From Babesia bigemina (taxonomy: Eukaryota): 64,000 nucleotides of DNA. Below are positions 10,684 to 22,075 of this stretch, one piece after another. The DNA lies in assembly GCF_000981445.1 (NCBI RefSeq), contig NC_027219.1:186001-250000 (forward strand), given 5' to 3'. Within the stretch, counting starts at the first letter, position 1. Every line of letters begins with the position of its first letter. The notes below the pieces were generated by a model, which did not search any database, was not told where the DNA came from, and saw nothing but the letters and a program-made list of their open reading frames with translations. The translations under genes and the position numbers were made by a program.

Positions 10684-11559
10684 ATGGTATACAATTCGTT
10701 GACCGAGGCCCCTCAGAACCTCAAGGAGGCCATTGACTGGTTGATGGCCTTGAAGGGAGATGATGCTAAAATAAACGTAGCAGCATTGGGTGCCGCACTC
10801 TTCAGTTTCCTGGCAGACAAAACAGTTGACAAGATGGAGACGCCGGCCCTCGAAGAAGTTAAACATGTTACTAAAAAGTTCCTGGATCAACCGGAGCTTA
10901 GGAACCAGTGGTTCGTAGGAGGGCTGGTTAAGCGGTACAACGACCTTATTAATAAATCACCTGGAGGGTTAGCTAAGTACTTTCGGGTTGTTGACGAATC
11001 CGATGAGAACGTCGTAAAGGGCAAGGGTATCACTGCTGGAGCCATTGTGGAGAACCTTGGCAAAGTTGTTCATGGTACCGAGATATTCTTGGATGATATT
11101 AAAAGCCCAGGCGAATACGAGTCTGCTTACAGTTCAGAGGCTACGTGGAGTAAATCATGTACCCAAAAGCCGGAAGATTGCGCAGCTGTCTTCGTGGGTA
11201 TTGCGCCCATGTTGTACGCAGGTGTACGTTCTCTGCACTATGCGAGTATAGCCGACACCTTAAATTGGGCACCGTCAACGGAGCAGGAGCTTAGTTTGCG
11301 GAAGATATTGAAAGCCCTGGGTTATGTAGAGCCGGAATGCCGTGCTGGCATGGGTGGGTTTGATGTCGCCAAGGCGTTGAGAGGTCTATATTTACGAACA
11401 CTGATAACGCTATGCGACTTCACAGGATTCTGGGCTTTCTATGGATCGAATAATCCAGATTTGGGAGCTGGTAAACATGGCAACTATTCTTTATCGGGAG
11501 TTGATTTTGACGTTAACATGAAGCCCATAGACGCTTCCATGAAGATAGGATTCCGCTGA
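10684..11559 (+). CDS. Small VESA1-related (variant erythrocyte surface antigen family-like) protein
   Basis: N-terminal YNSLTEAPQNLKEAIDWL, internal Y.SAYSSEATW..SC...PEDCA.VF.GIAP.LYAG, C-terminal D..GFWAFY, recalled as typical of Babesia ves-related genes. Confidence 0.8.
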   Translation: MVYNSLTEAPQNLKEAIDWLMALKGDDAKINVAALGAALFSFLADKTVDKMETPALEEVKHVTKKFLDQPELRNQWFVGGLVKRYNDLINKSPGGLAKYFRVVDESDENVVKGKGITAGAIVENLGKVVHGTEIFLDDIKSPGEYESAYSSEATWSKSCTQKPEDCAAVFVGIAPMLYAGVRSLHYASIADTLNWAPSTEQELSLRKILKALGYVEPECRAGMGGFDVAKALRGLYLRTLITLCDFTGFWAFYGSNNPDLGAGKHGNYSLSGVDFDVNMKPIDASMKIGFR

Positions 11560-12229
11560 CCGTCTAGCACATACACTGCGCTCGGGTCGGATAACATGTA
11601 TTATCCCGGTACGCCCACAGTATCTGATTTAGGAGCGGCTATTCCACTTTGATGGGCTACATGTCATGTTTATTCGTCTTGTCGTAGGGCCTATTCTCAC
11701 ACCGCTTATTAATTATGTGTTGATATAAGTGTAAATCCCCTACGCCTATTGTTGTAAACTGCTAATCGGTTAAACTGAGTTAATTTGTGTTCTGTAATTT
11801 TATAGTGTGCTGTGTTGCTAAGCGCCTACAGCCTGTTTTCGATTTTGCGGGGCTACCGCCTCACGCTGTAGTTACCAGTTGCAAGATCCACGTCGGTCCG
11901 TTGCCGATCGTTACTGGTACCATGTGTTGGCATCTACCATGTTCGGCAACAACGCTCATCCACAATGTAGTAATAATATACGGGAGTCACATACCATATC
12001 ACATAGGGTATCACATAAAACCTTATTTGATGGTTGCAAACACTTCCTCTGGTCTCCTTTACCAGCTCCCAGTACATCCGCATCTTGCACGTCTCCAGCT
12101 CCACCAGATTTACTTCTTTAGTTGTTTTCATTTCCAGACTAGTGATGCTATTCATCTGTAGCCTGTACCTATATTATGTCATGTTGGTTATATGCCTTGA
12201 GTTGCAGATAGGTACTTCCTTCTAGGGCA

Positions 12230-13136
12230 GAGTGCCGCTGCACCACCGTTAAGCGCATCGTCCTCTCCACCATCCAAATCGAGAATTACTACCCCAACGA
12301 ATGAGTATCTCAGATTTGGTAACCCATTTGTCAATCACAGAGTTTAATTGTCATAGTTCACGTTGGTCGATCTGCTGGTTTGTGTCTTCAGTGAGAGAAT
12401 TGCTTTGGGTAGAGTGTTGCGATTATAATTGCCAGTCTAACGACATATTCTTGTGTTGTCGTAGCTTTTTGTAACTAGCGTGAATGGCCATGGACCCGGT
12501 GAAGACCGTACTGTGGAATTACATGTCACCACACCTTAGTTGGGCATTGTCAACCGCAGGCATTAGGAAGATGCAACTTAGAGGTTTGCATCTCCGTTCG
12601 CATTTTAAAACCTTAACAATGCCCTTAACACACGACAAAGAGCAATACGTGGTACCTAGAATGGGACTTCACTGAAGCCCCCAATTTGGGTGAGCAACTA
12701 CTGCGGCGGTGCCTGAGCACGTTGGTCGACCGCTGGGAGTGGGTGGCTATACCGTGTGGATTTCACCCTATATAGGCGAATCTAGGTCATTCTTTGCCTA
12801 TGTATGAGTTAATCTTCAGTGTGGTGGCATTTATCGTCAACATCGTGATAAGCCTCGAGGTCGTAACCCCAAACTGCACCCCCTAGCAGAGCCTTTGAGG
12901 GGCGCCACGCAAACATGGCCACCCACTCATTCGTTACCCCGAGAAAGTTGCAACGAGCGTGCACACAATACAATCTTACGTGAAGCATTGGCATTCCTCT
13001 CGCTTCAAATACAGGTGAGTCTATTTTAATACTTATCATGCTGGCGCAGTAACTAGACGATACATCTGTTGTTAGAGGTGAATACGGCGTGTTTTGAGGG
13101 CGGCTAGCTTCAGGAACACGTTTCAAAAGTACACGT
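12230..13136 (+). repeat. Direct repeat copy 2 (near-identical core 12255-13124); begins with the last codons of a 6-Cys-like gene (ECRCTTVKRIVLSTIQIENYYPNE*)
   Basis: Sequence identity to 7390-8296. Confidence 0.97.
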
Positions 13137-13225
13137 GGAGGGCACTCTTGTCGTGTATCTTTATTTTGACATTGACATACACTGCTAATTAGTTCGAGTT
13201 ACAGCGTCTGAATGTGTGGTACAAA

Positions 13226-13955
13226 ATGGGAGGTTGTGTGGGACGATATCAGCAAAGGAATTTGCCAAGGCGTGATACTACGGTTGGGAACGATGGTGAA
13301 GAGGACAGGTTAATAAAATTGATAGATGAGATCTCAAAGGACCGTGCAAAACCAACACTGAATCAATACTATGACGCAGATTTCAAGGCCATTCTAAAAA
13401 AGTACTCTCGTAGTTTGAAGGAGACGTTCAATTTTTCGCGGAATGATGCTGAGATTCTAAAAGTTTGGAAGGAAAAGAAGCGCTTCGACGATGTTATGAT
13501 ACAATTTCAACCTTCACTTCATTCCACCCTTGCCTATCGCCAGCCAGATGGCTCGAATTCGGATGACCAATCAGGTTATTCGCCGCAAGGTAACGGTGAC
13601 AGCTGTCAACGGCAGTTGTGTTCTGCTCCTCTGCCATTACAACATACCTCTTTAGGAGTTCAGTCTGGAAATATACCCGAAATTCATGTGCATGTCGAAT
13701 CTAATACTCTGCCTGAATATTTAAGAAAGGCATCGAATTCATTGACTTATATTCCCCGCAACCTCAAGGAGGCGATTGACCGGCTGATAGATTTAAAGGG
13801 AATAGATCACGAACAGAACGTAAATGCTTTGGGTTAGACCGCCGAAGAGCCTCTATAGTACAAGTGTTACAGGCGTTCTCGATCCGTTAATACGTATCAA
13901 TATGCGTATGACGTTCAACATTTACGACGGCTCTGGATTCTGGGCTTTCTATTGA
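13226..13955 (+). pseudogene. Chimeric ORF (MGGC... start, stop 13837) fused to an internally deleted VESA-like relic
   Basis: SNSLTYIPRNLKEAIDRLIDLKG...NVNALG* mirrors the N-terminus of the 10684 gene; IYDGSGFWAFY* (to 13955, other frame) mirrors its C-terminus. Confidence 0.7.
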
Positions 13956-15876
13956 GTTGATATCGCAGGTAAACGCCAACGGCAGTTCGAAAAAAACAGA
14001 CGCTAACTACCATGCCCCACTCAGCGGCCGTCAAAATAATACTGACGAGACATTGGTAAGTCGTTGTTTCGGTAAACATTATGTATACAACGTTCCTCCA
14101 CAGTAACGCTGCCATCGAATGAAGAGGAACAGAGCCAGGAACTTGTTTATATTCTGGTGCGTCGTGGAGTTGAACCCGTTTTTGTTGCGACATGATACGC
14201 TTCAATGTCGATATACACGACGGACATTGTGTGGAGCCCCGCAGTTTACAAATCACGCTGTGAACTCTTCTACAGCGTCTCAGGTGGACGAGCACTTAGC
14301 GCTGCCCTGGCGTAGTTTTGCAACACACCTTGACCAAAAATGCGGAGGGTCGGTGGTTTGTAAGGCGTTGTAACGCATATACCTCGTATCACCCACCGCC
14401 ATCTTTGATTGTATTGAGTGCTTTGAAGATATATGCTATCGTATCGCAACAAATTGGCAAACATTACAATGTAATTTTTTGGTGTGTATTGTTCAGTTAT
14501 GGGTCTTATGAACTGTTTTCACGTTTTGTGTTCCGCTAAGCGACGCTAAGTAAGATACAACACGGCCATTCCTATACGGTTTGTAGCAAAGATTCAATAC
14601 TGATAGTGTGAAGCGCTTGCTCAATAAACCGAAAAATCGCTTCATGACGAGAGCAGCCAGAAGGCACTACATAATGCCTGAAAATATTTAATATGATATG
14701 ATGAATCGTTACTACTGGTCTACAATGTGAAAAGAGTTATTAATGCTTGGATTTTGAATTCCTTGTGGGTGTGCTTTTGTGCATATTGCTCTGCAAGAAT
14801 GAGGTTGCGTTTTAATTTTTTGCATTTCAGCTGAGGTTAGAAGATATCCGTATTTAATCTGCACTACGTCATGCATATTGAAAGTGATTTACACCTGAAC
14901 ATCGTCGAAATTTGGGACATCAGCTACGTCCATACGATACACTGCCAACACCTTAGCAATGCTAACATGCCGTTTTTTGTTTGAATTTCACGCCGCTTCT
15001 CAGACTCCGTCTATAACACGCATTGCGACTACTTTATGTGTATACGTGACAGTGTTTGTAAGCGTTCAAACTCGTTTTTATGCTACTGGCTGTATGCAAC
15101 AAGTAAAGACGCCAGCTTTAATGTGCATTCATTCATCATAATAACTCTGTTAAAAGGCTTAATCATTGGCAGCATCGATGTACAGCCCATTTGGGCGTTA
15201 TATATGATCGGATTCAAATGTTCTAGAGGGTTTTAGCCTTAGATGTGCGCGGAAAACTGTGCATCTAGTCGCTTCCTGGACAGCGGGTGTATTAAGCCGG
15301 ATTCTTTTGATATTCAACTATACTACCACATTTTCGTTATCGCTGATGTTATTCATTACCTCGACACGATTTGCCATCAGTGTCTAACGTAAAAAGTTTC
15401 AGCTGCCCGCCGATGTACAGCAGCGCCACTGGAGAAAAAAATCCCCAGAGAGGTCATATCCGCAAAAATTAATACAGCTCACACACCAATATTTACTAAT
15501 GATAATGCGAGATGACCGCAACGCTTATTAAAAATTGCCCGTCTACGTAGCGTCGGCAAGTGATTCGTACAATTATTTTTCAGGTTTCGACTACGGCGCT
15601 GGATCTTTTAAATCGGAGGAGTTGCTCACCTTCGTAGTTTCTAAATACTATTTAGGGTGTATTATCGATGTCTGAGTACCGTGGAGGCGCTCCCCGTGCG
15701 ATAAAGCTGAGTATAGGGACCTTAAAGAGCTCAGCCAACGTAGCGCGCGTCACACACTGACAGTCCTATTGCTGTATTTACGGATCCTCGGTCATTTGAG
15801 TGCCAGGTTCTAGTGACACTTGAGTACTCATCGGCCGCGGCGCGGCGTACACTCAGCGTCAGCTTATGTGTTCGAG

Positions 15877-17301
15877 ATGTATAGCCGCAGGAGTGAGGAA
15901 ATTACACGCATCTCGCAACGGCTCGCGGGCATCCACATCCCCGTGTTCTGCGTGCTGGAGTCCCATATGGGCGATCCTGTTCTATCGCATTGGATTGGAG
16001 CGGATGGCGTAGTTGCCGGAACGGCGCTGGGCAGAGTTTCCGCTTACCTATTCGACAACTCTGCTCCGAGAATAGCTAAGTCATCTACGACTGTGGATGC
16101 AAAGGATGACGGCGGTTCAAACTCCAAGCTAGACCAATCGAGTTCCAAGCCGTCCGAAACAGCGCAGGAAAGTAGTACGTCCGCCCACGGGGACGACTCT
16201 AAAAGCGACGCTACACTACCATCGGCAACAAACGCTGCCGTAGGAGGCGTGGAATCGCCGGAGACGTCGCCTGCAAATCCGGATGGCACAGTGGCTATTC
16301 ACGTGGCCGAAGACGAGTGTGATGTAGATAAAGGCGATGATTCGTGCGGATGCGATAGTCGGAAGTTTCCGAACTTGGCATCTCTATTTGGAACCGTAAT
16401 GAACTATATAAGGTGTGGCAAAAGCGGTGCAGATCCTGTGCGATTAGACGACGTGTTGCCTGGACGGTACACTGTATTCGCCTCCTTCTCCGACGAACCA
16501 ATACGTGCTGTCTTTATTCACAGAAGACAGTTGTACTGCCTCATTGGCACGAGCTTAATCTCTGTATACGACGTTGACAAATATGCTCTTCTCAACGAGT
16601 ATCGACTGTCTCTCTCGCGCAACGCCGGCTACAAGCAAATCGCATTTGCCGCTTGCAAAATTCTGGTGGACTGCATGCGCGGTTCAACTATCCTCGATCC
16701 AGTGGCGAAGAGGCAGACAAGTTCCACTCACAGGGTTTATCCGTCAAACGTTTTAGATTTCAACGGGACTGAGATGATGTGTTACTACCGCAACGTCAAC
16801 AAGTACTTCGTGCAAGTGCTCACATTAGACAGATACGTATCGAAGAAGGTCTTATTCTCAATCTCGATGCCTAAGAGTGTCTTCCTTGTGACCCACGGTA
16901 GGTTTTGGGGTAGCGACAAGCTGGTGGTGGTTACTGACATGCTAACTATCAGCGTGTACAAGTACCACGAAGTTACCGTCCCAATCGCAAAGCGTCGTTC
17001 AAGAGTAGACATAGTGGCACTGTGTGGCGGTTTCAGCGATTTCCTCGCGGTGCTGATGAAGGATTCTACGATAAAACTGCTTCATGGACACACCTTGGAA
17101 ACCTTCTTCAGGATCCCGCTCTACCCTGCAACATTTGAGTTGGGTTGGCCATACACGCTGATCAACTACGGCGACATAATGTCGTTCACGTCTGACGAAG
17201 GCGTGTACTGCCTCAGATTACCCAGCAAGGTCATTGCAGTGGCTAGCGAATGGAAAGATAACGGTTCTTCAGTTGATCACGACATTCACGGAGAGACATG
17301 A
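15877..17301 (+). CDS. Hypothetical protein, beta-rich, possibly beta-propeller-like, with low-complexity insertion
   Basis: Long ORF; first ATG at 15877; short beta-strand-like hydrophobic segments. Confidence 0.75.
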   Translation: MYSRRSEEITRISQRLAGIHIPVFCVLESHMGDPVLSHWIGADGVVAGTALGRVSAYLFDNSAPRIAKSSTTVDAKDDGGSNSKLDQSSSKPSETAQESSTSAHGDDSKSDATLPSATNAAVGGVESPETSPANPDGTVAIHVAEDECDVDKGDDSCGCDSRKFPNLASLFGTVMNYIRCGKSGADPVRLDDVLPGRYTVFASFSDEPIRAVFIHRRQLYCLIGTSLISVYDVDKYALLNEYRLSLSRNAGYKQIAFAACKILVDCMRGSTILDPVAKRQTSSTHRVYPSNVLDFNGTEMMCYYRNVNKYFVQVLTLDRYVSKKVLFSISMPKSVFLVTHGRFWGSDKLVVVTDMLTISVYKYHEVTVPIAKRRSRVDIVALCGGFSDFLAVLMKDSTIKLLHGHTLETFFRIPLYPATFELGWPYTLINYGDIMSFTSDEGVYCLRLPSKVIAVASEWKDNGSSVDHDIHGET

Positions 17302-17325
17302 CATTAATAATTAATTTTAAAACTG

Positions 17326-19455
17326 TCACAACCGTATCAGACGGTGGTATGGCTCTTCAGCCTCGCCGCTCTCCTTTTCTTCGGGTAGTGTAGGTGGTTG
17401 AAAACTGAATTTCTTCGAGTACTCGGTGAGTACATCTTCCAGTGAATGCTTTAGCTTTCTGAACGCGCGCTTGAAATACTTTTGTCCCAGCTGGTGTTCC
17501 ATGCGACGCTTCAATATAGGAAGTTTATCGGTTAATTGTGTCATGGCGGCTGCCAGCATCTCCTCGTAGACGGGCTGGTCGTGCTTCCTTTGCTTGCGGG
17601 TGAACGATTGGAAGTCGCCCAGCAGCAGGCCAGCTACCCCTGCACAGAATTGTCGTTCCGCAGTGTCGTAGAGCCCGTATATGGAGCTCAACGAGTCGAT
17701 TCCATAGAATTCGTCCATGAGCACAAACACGTGCTGGAGGTGGCGCATCATGAAGAAGTCCTGATTGATTCGTACCAATGCCTTGTCCAATTGGCACATC
17801 TTGCCGAACAAATATTGCGCGTCGACAATAGAGGCCTTCATGGCGTCAAGCGCCTCTGAGGCGAGCTTATTTAGACGGTACCCCCCGATATAGTTGACGT
17901 TCTTCAACACGATCCCTGCTGCGAAACAAACAGGAGGGTAGAGGTTAGCCCCTCTTAGGTTCTTGTCTTTCAATTGCGATAGTAACTCGTGTTCCCAATC
18001 GGGCTCAAATTGCTCTTCGTCACACAAAGCTTTTACGAATGCCTTCTTGTCGTAAGCCCTAACGTGAGTGGCAATTTCTCGCTGGACAGACTTGATGAGG
18101 GTGCTCTCCATGTTATTGTAGGTTTGCTGCGCTCGCAGCATGAGCGGCTGCAACACTCCCTTAGTACCCGATGTTTTTACCGGTGTTATAAGTTTATCTT
18201 GAATGCTAGCCATAGCAGAGCGCAAATCCGTGGAGGTCTGAAGCTTGGGCATTTGGCGCTTGCACGCTTCTGTGAAGTAGAAAACCACGTTATCCACCAT
18301 TGTTCCCAGCGATTCATGAGCTTCGTCGGTCACGAATGTCTCCTTGAAGGTAAGCACCTCGAGATTGCAGATGAGCAGGAAGAACGCCGCTATACTGTCG
18401 AAGTTTTCGAAGGAATCCATCTTTAGCAACATCAACGGGTTCAGAATCTTTATGCGACTGGTTATATAGTACATCTGCAATTGCAGAAACTCAGAATTGC
18501 CAAGTTCAGTGGTTTGCTTAGCGTAGTAGTCACTCAGCGCCCGTACGCTGCGTCCGATCCTGCGGTACTTGTTGTAGTGTGCAGCGACGTCAAAATGATC
18601 GAAGCCCTTGCAGCTCTCGCTAGCAAAATTGTACACCTCTTTAAATACGAGTTTCATTAGTTCACATACGCGCGTGCGCAGGATCTCGTATCTGTATTTC
18701 AAAGCTTCGGCATCGAAGTAATTTACATGTATGCTGAAGAAGTCGATCGACGCTTCTATGGCGGGCAACATTGCATTGCAACGCTCCGCAACCTTCTCTA
18801 CGTATTCAAGAGTCATATCTAAGGCGTCTTCTTCACTGACAGTGCTCTCAATGACGGCAGCAGCCTGATTGTCATCCGACGCTTTAGAGCCGCTTGCCGT
18901 TTTGGCAGATTTGATGTTGCGCACCCTCATCGATCCCAATGTTTTAAAAAACTGGTTGTTTTCAATCTGATCTACAGTTCTCAAGAAAGTCTTGTAATTA
19001 GCGTAATGGTTGTACATTTCATCCAACGTTGCAAGTTTGTCCGAGAGTGCGACCTTACGATTATACATTTCGTTGAACTTGTGGTTCACGTTCTTGAAAT
19101 TCAAACAGTAGGTAGCTCGGCGCATCTCAAGATCATTCAGACTACGGACGCACTTTTCTTGTAAAGCCGACAACTCATCCAATTGTCGATCAGCGTCGAA
19201 AAGGATGGTGTCCCAACGCTGGTACAGTTTCGAAGCGCGTTGCAGCATTTCGTCTTCCATCAATCGTTCATACACCGTATCCATCTCGGTCTCTGTCGCT
19301 TGCAGCGGGTGTGTACTGCCGCTATCGGCGGCAAACCATGTTTTGCCATAGGCTGCCGCAGGGTCCGAGGCGCCAGGGCCCAGGATCCTTGAGAGGTCGT
19401 GGAATGGGCCGACCTTACCCCAGAGTATCGACAAGTCCGCGAGAGCCTTATCCAT
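17326..19455 (-). CDS. COG3: Conserved oligomeric Golgi complex subunit 3 (Sec34)-like
   Basis: N-terminal coiled coil, SIDFFSIHVNYFDAEALKYRYEILRTRVCELMK (Sec34-like), LYPPV and FMMRHL motifs. Confidence 0.7.
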   Translation of the reverse strand: MDKALADLSILWGKVGPFHDLSRILGPGASDPAAAYGKTWFAADSGSTHPLQATETEMDTVYERLMEDEMLQRASKLYQRWDTILFDADRQLDELSALQEKCVRSLNDLEMRRATYCLNFKNVNHKFNEMYNRKVALSDKLATLDEMYNHYANYKTFLRTVDQIENNQFFKTLGSMRVRNIKSAKTASGSKASDDNQAAAVIESTVSEEDALDMTLEYVEKVAERCNAMLPAIEASIDFFSIHVNYFDAEALKYRYEILRTRVCELMKLVFKEVYNFASESCKGFDHFDVAAHYNKYRRIGRSVRALSDYYAKQTTELGNSEFLQLQMYYITSRIKILNPLMLLKMDSFENFDSIAAFFLLICNLEVLTFKETFVTDEAHESLGTMVDNVVFYFTEACKRQMPKLQTSTDLRSAMASIQDKLITPVKTSGTKGVLQPLMLRAQQTYNNMESTLIKSVQREIATHVRAYDKKAFVKALCDEEQFEPDWEHELLSQLKDKNLRGANLYPPVCFAAGIVLKNVNYIGGYRLNKLASEALDAMKASIVDAQYLFGKMCQLDKALVRINQDFFMMRHLQHVFVLMDEFYGIDSLSSIYGLYDTAERQFCAGVAGLLLGDFQSFTRKQRKHDQPVYEEMLAAAMTQLTDKLPILKRRMEHQLGQKYFKRAFRKLKHSLEDVLTEYSKKFSFQPPTLPEEKESGEAEEPYHRLIRL

Positions 19456-19553
19456 ACTGTTAAATCCAGTGGCAGTGCTGCCGGGAACGTATGTGCCCGC
19501 TGCTGTAGGTGGCGACCGGCAGCAGAGCGCGTCGCGTTACATCCAGTAAATCT

Positions 19554-20012
19554 ATGGCGTACCGCTTTCTCAGGGAGGGTCTTTACACCCGGCGCAAAAG
19601 TCTTCGGCGAAATGGCTTTACACCTTTCGTTGAAGACCTCATGTGGACGGCCACTGACTGGCATTATCAGCATTACATCAGTAGGGCTGCCAGGGCCTCT
19701 TTGCTCACACATCAAGAAGGTAATCGCGTATTCGCCGTGAACAATGCTTCTACAGAGGTAAACCGCGTCGTGGAGCATTTCAAGGCTTCCAGGGGTGGCA
19801 CCCTGGCTAAGGGCACTGAGTTCCCGTTCTTCCGCCTAGCAACACCGAATATTGTCCCCTATCGCAGGCAGTCTAACCCGTTCTGCCAACGTTCAAGCAA
19901 CCGTGTTGGGTGGCAATTGCATCACCGACAGCTAGAGCGCACGCCAAGGCCATATCGCTCCACGAAGCTGGGAGGCACTGATTTGTCGGTGCCGGTAATG
20001 CCCAAACACTGA
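19554..20012 (+). CDS. Small basic hypothetical protein (possibly mitochondrial); likely intron 19720-19755
   Basis: ATG 98 bp from the divergent COG3 start; Arg-rich; in-frame GT-AG segment of typical intron size. Confidence 0.6.
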   Translation: MAYRFLREGLYTRRKSLRRNGFTPFVEDLMWTATDWHYQHYISRAARASLLTHQEGNRVFAVNNASTEVNRVVEHFKASRGGTLAKGTEFPFFRLATPNIVPYRRQSNPFCQRSSNRVGWQLHHRQLERTPRPYRSTKLGGTDLSVPVMPKH

Positions 20013-20240
20013 GAGGTCACGCTACCTAGTGAAATCGCACATTAGACTCAAATGTAGTGTCACACTGTTCACAATTGAGATGTGATTCACGTATGAGATT
20101 GCGTTTCCGCGTGTACGCTGACGGTCTGTTTTTCGTGCACCCCGTTGAGACGGAATTCAACATGTAGCGGCTCAACGGCGCTGATGCATTAAACGGCACA
20201 CTACATTTCGTGTCTGATTGTTTTTGTCATCGCTGCTGCA

Positions 20241-21762
20241 TTATTCTTTAGAGCGCGTCAGCGTGTCGTGGACGAAACACAGAAGGTTCTGTATCGGGGC
20301 AGACAGAGCAGAGCCTGGTGCTGTCCCGCTGACGTCGATTGCTCGCAACAGGTTAGATGCCTCGAGCAAGTGCAACATCATGGCGCAGTGACTGCGTTCA
20401 AATGCCTGACCATTTCGTACCGCGGACAGGACTGCATCTAGGTTCCCCTCGTGAATGGCGTCGTCCGCTATCAGGGATGCCAACTCCCGACTATCCGGCA
20501 GAGCCATCAGCAGAGGCATAGTTATGAGTCCCTGGCGCCACTATATGCATGCAGTAATAACACTTACCGACGACAAGTCTTTCAATGTAGGCTTGCCAAG
20601 GTCAACGTTGCCCCTGCTGTAGTCGAGCATATCGTCGTAGATTTGGAACGCCATGCCCACGTGGAGCCCGATAAGGTACCATTTGTGGCAATCAATCGCA
20701 TCTAAGCGGACTGCATCGATATGTAAAATATATCGTTCTGACTAACACAAATTTGCAATTGAAGCGCTGCACTCCGCGATCAAGGACGCTGTCTTCAAGA
20801 AGATTTTATTGAGGTAGACGTGCATCATGTCATCGACACTGTTGGACGGTTTTACTTGCATCAATTCGCCCTGAAATAGGTCACTAGCATACTTTATCGC
20901 CAAACCGTACCTTGATCAGGTTCTCAAGCGCCTTGGCCATGCGCACTGTCGGTTGCTGCGATCCCAAATTAGCCACAGTACAGCACGCACGTGTCAACAT
21001 CAAGTCGCCCACAAGTACGGCTAACTTCGTGCCAACCTTTAGGTGAACCGACTGTAGGCGCCGCCGGGTCTCAGCGTCGTCCAGTATGTCGTCGTGGATC
21101 AAACTTCCAGCATGCACAATCTCGTATGATTGAAGTAAGCGGAGCACTCGTTCCATCACATCATCTGAAGATTCAGCAGGGGCTATTGGCGATTCGGGCC
21201 ACCCATCCGGTGTTGGCGTCGTGACACCTTGTGCGCCAGCATATGAGCAGACTGAGATAACTCTAGCGATCATGAGCCCGAGACGGGGCCTGAAAAGCTT
21301 GGATTGCGATGTGAGCACATATTTTGCGATTTCGTTCACCGCATCGTTGTCCGTGAAAACTTGCGATAGGATACGCTGGCGAAATCCCTCTATGTTTTGT
21401 TCCACTAAAGTCCGTTCCTCCATGCATGATTCGGCTGCGCTAAGTTCCGCTGCTGCTCGCCGCTTCTCAGCTTCGATCTGAGCTGCATCGAGACGCAATA
21501 CACCTTTAGATAGATATATTGCACGCTCATATGTCGACCGCCACTCAAGAGCCTGCTGTATGAACCTGAGCAGCATACATGGACAGCGTTTCCCGGGCAA
21601 CATACGGGCTGGAGACTTCCAAGTTTGAAACAGCGCTTTCCGGTGCTTTAGGAACGTCACGATCGATGTGGTAGCGTCGCCGTTCCCTCGCTGGCAACGT
21701 AGCACGGAGAAGGCTGGACCTTGCGCAGGTAGCGCGACGAGGCGCGATACGCAGGAGAGCAT
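20241..21762 (-). CDS. trans-Polyprenyl diphosphate synthase (ubiquinone side-chain type), multi-exon
   Basis: SKLFRP, SLIHDDILDDAETRR (FARM), KLAVLVGD, KTASLI, GMAFQIYDDMLD (SARM), GKP..KD; presequence-like N-terminus; start approximate. Confidence 0.9.
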
Positions 21763-22075
21763 CCAAGTACATTGTGCTCCCTGCAAGGGCCTGAAAGCTC
21801 CAACCGAAATCTTTCGTGCCTTCGTTGCAGCAGCAACTGGCGCTAACGGCGGCTTTGTGGCCCAACGTACGTGTAGAACAGGGTGCTACCACCCGTGATG
21901 GAAAGGGGGTGACGATTGTGTAATTCGATATTCGGGCGACTAGATCACATGTGTGCTACGTCATGGCCTCAACATTCCTGTACTTGTAGTGGCTAATAAA
22001 ATGTTGCTACGTCATGGATGAAGATTCCACAACAGAGCCGATCCTGGACAAGGGACTACTCACATTGATGGTAAA

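Noticed and set aside
11787..12225. Short overlapping ORFs between the VESA-like gene and repeat copy 2
   Set aside because: No recognisable motif or consistent splice model
7390..13136. LTR retrotransposon
   Set aside because: No gag/RT/integrase ORF, no TG..CA termini or target-site duplication seen; the repeat begins inside a host gene 3' end
14700..15300. Possible micro-exon gene (IVEIWDIS reminiscent of small-GTPase G3)
   Set aside because: No P-loop or complete DxxG motif and no coherent exon chain
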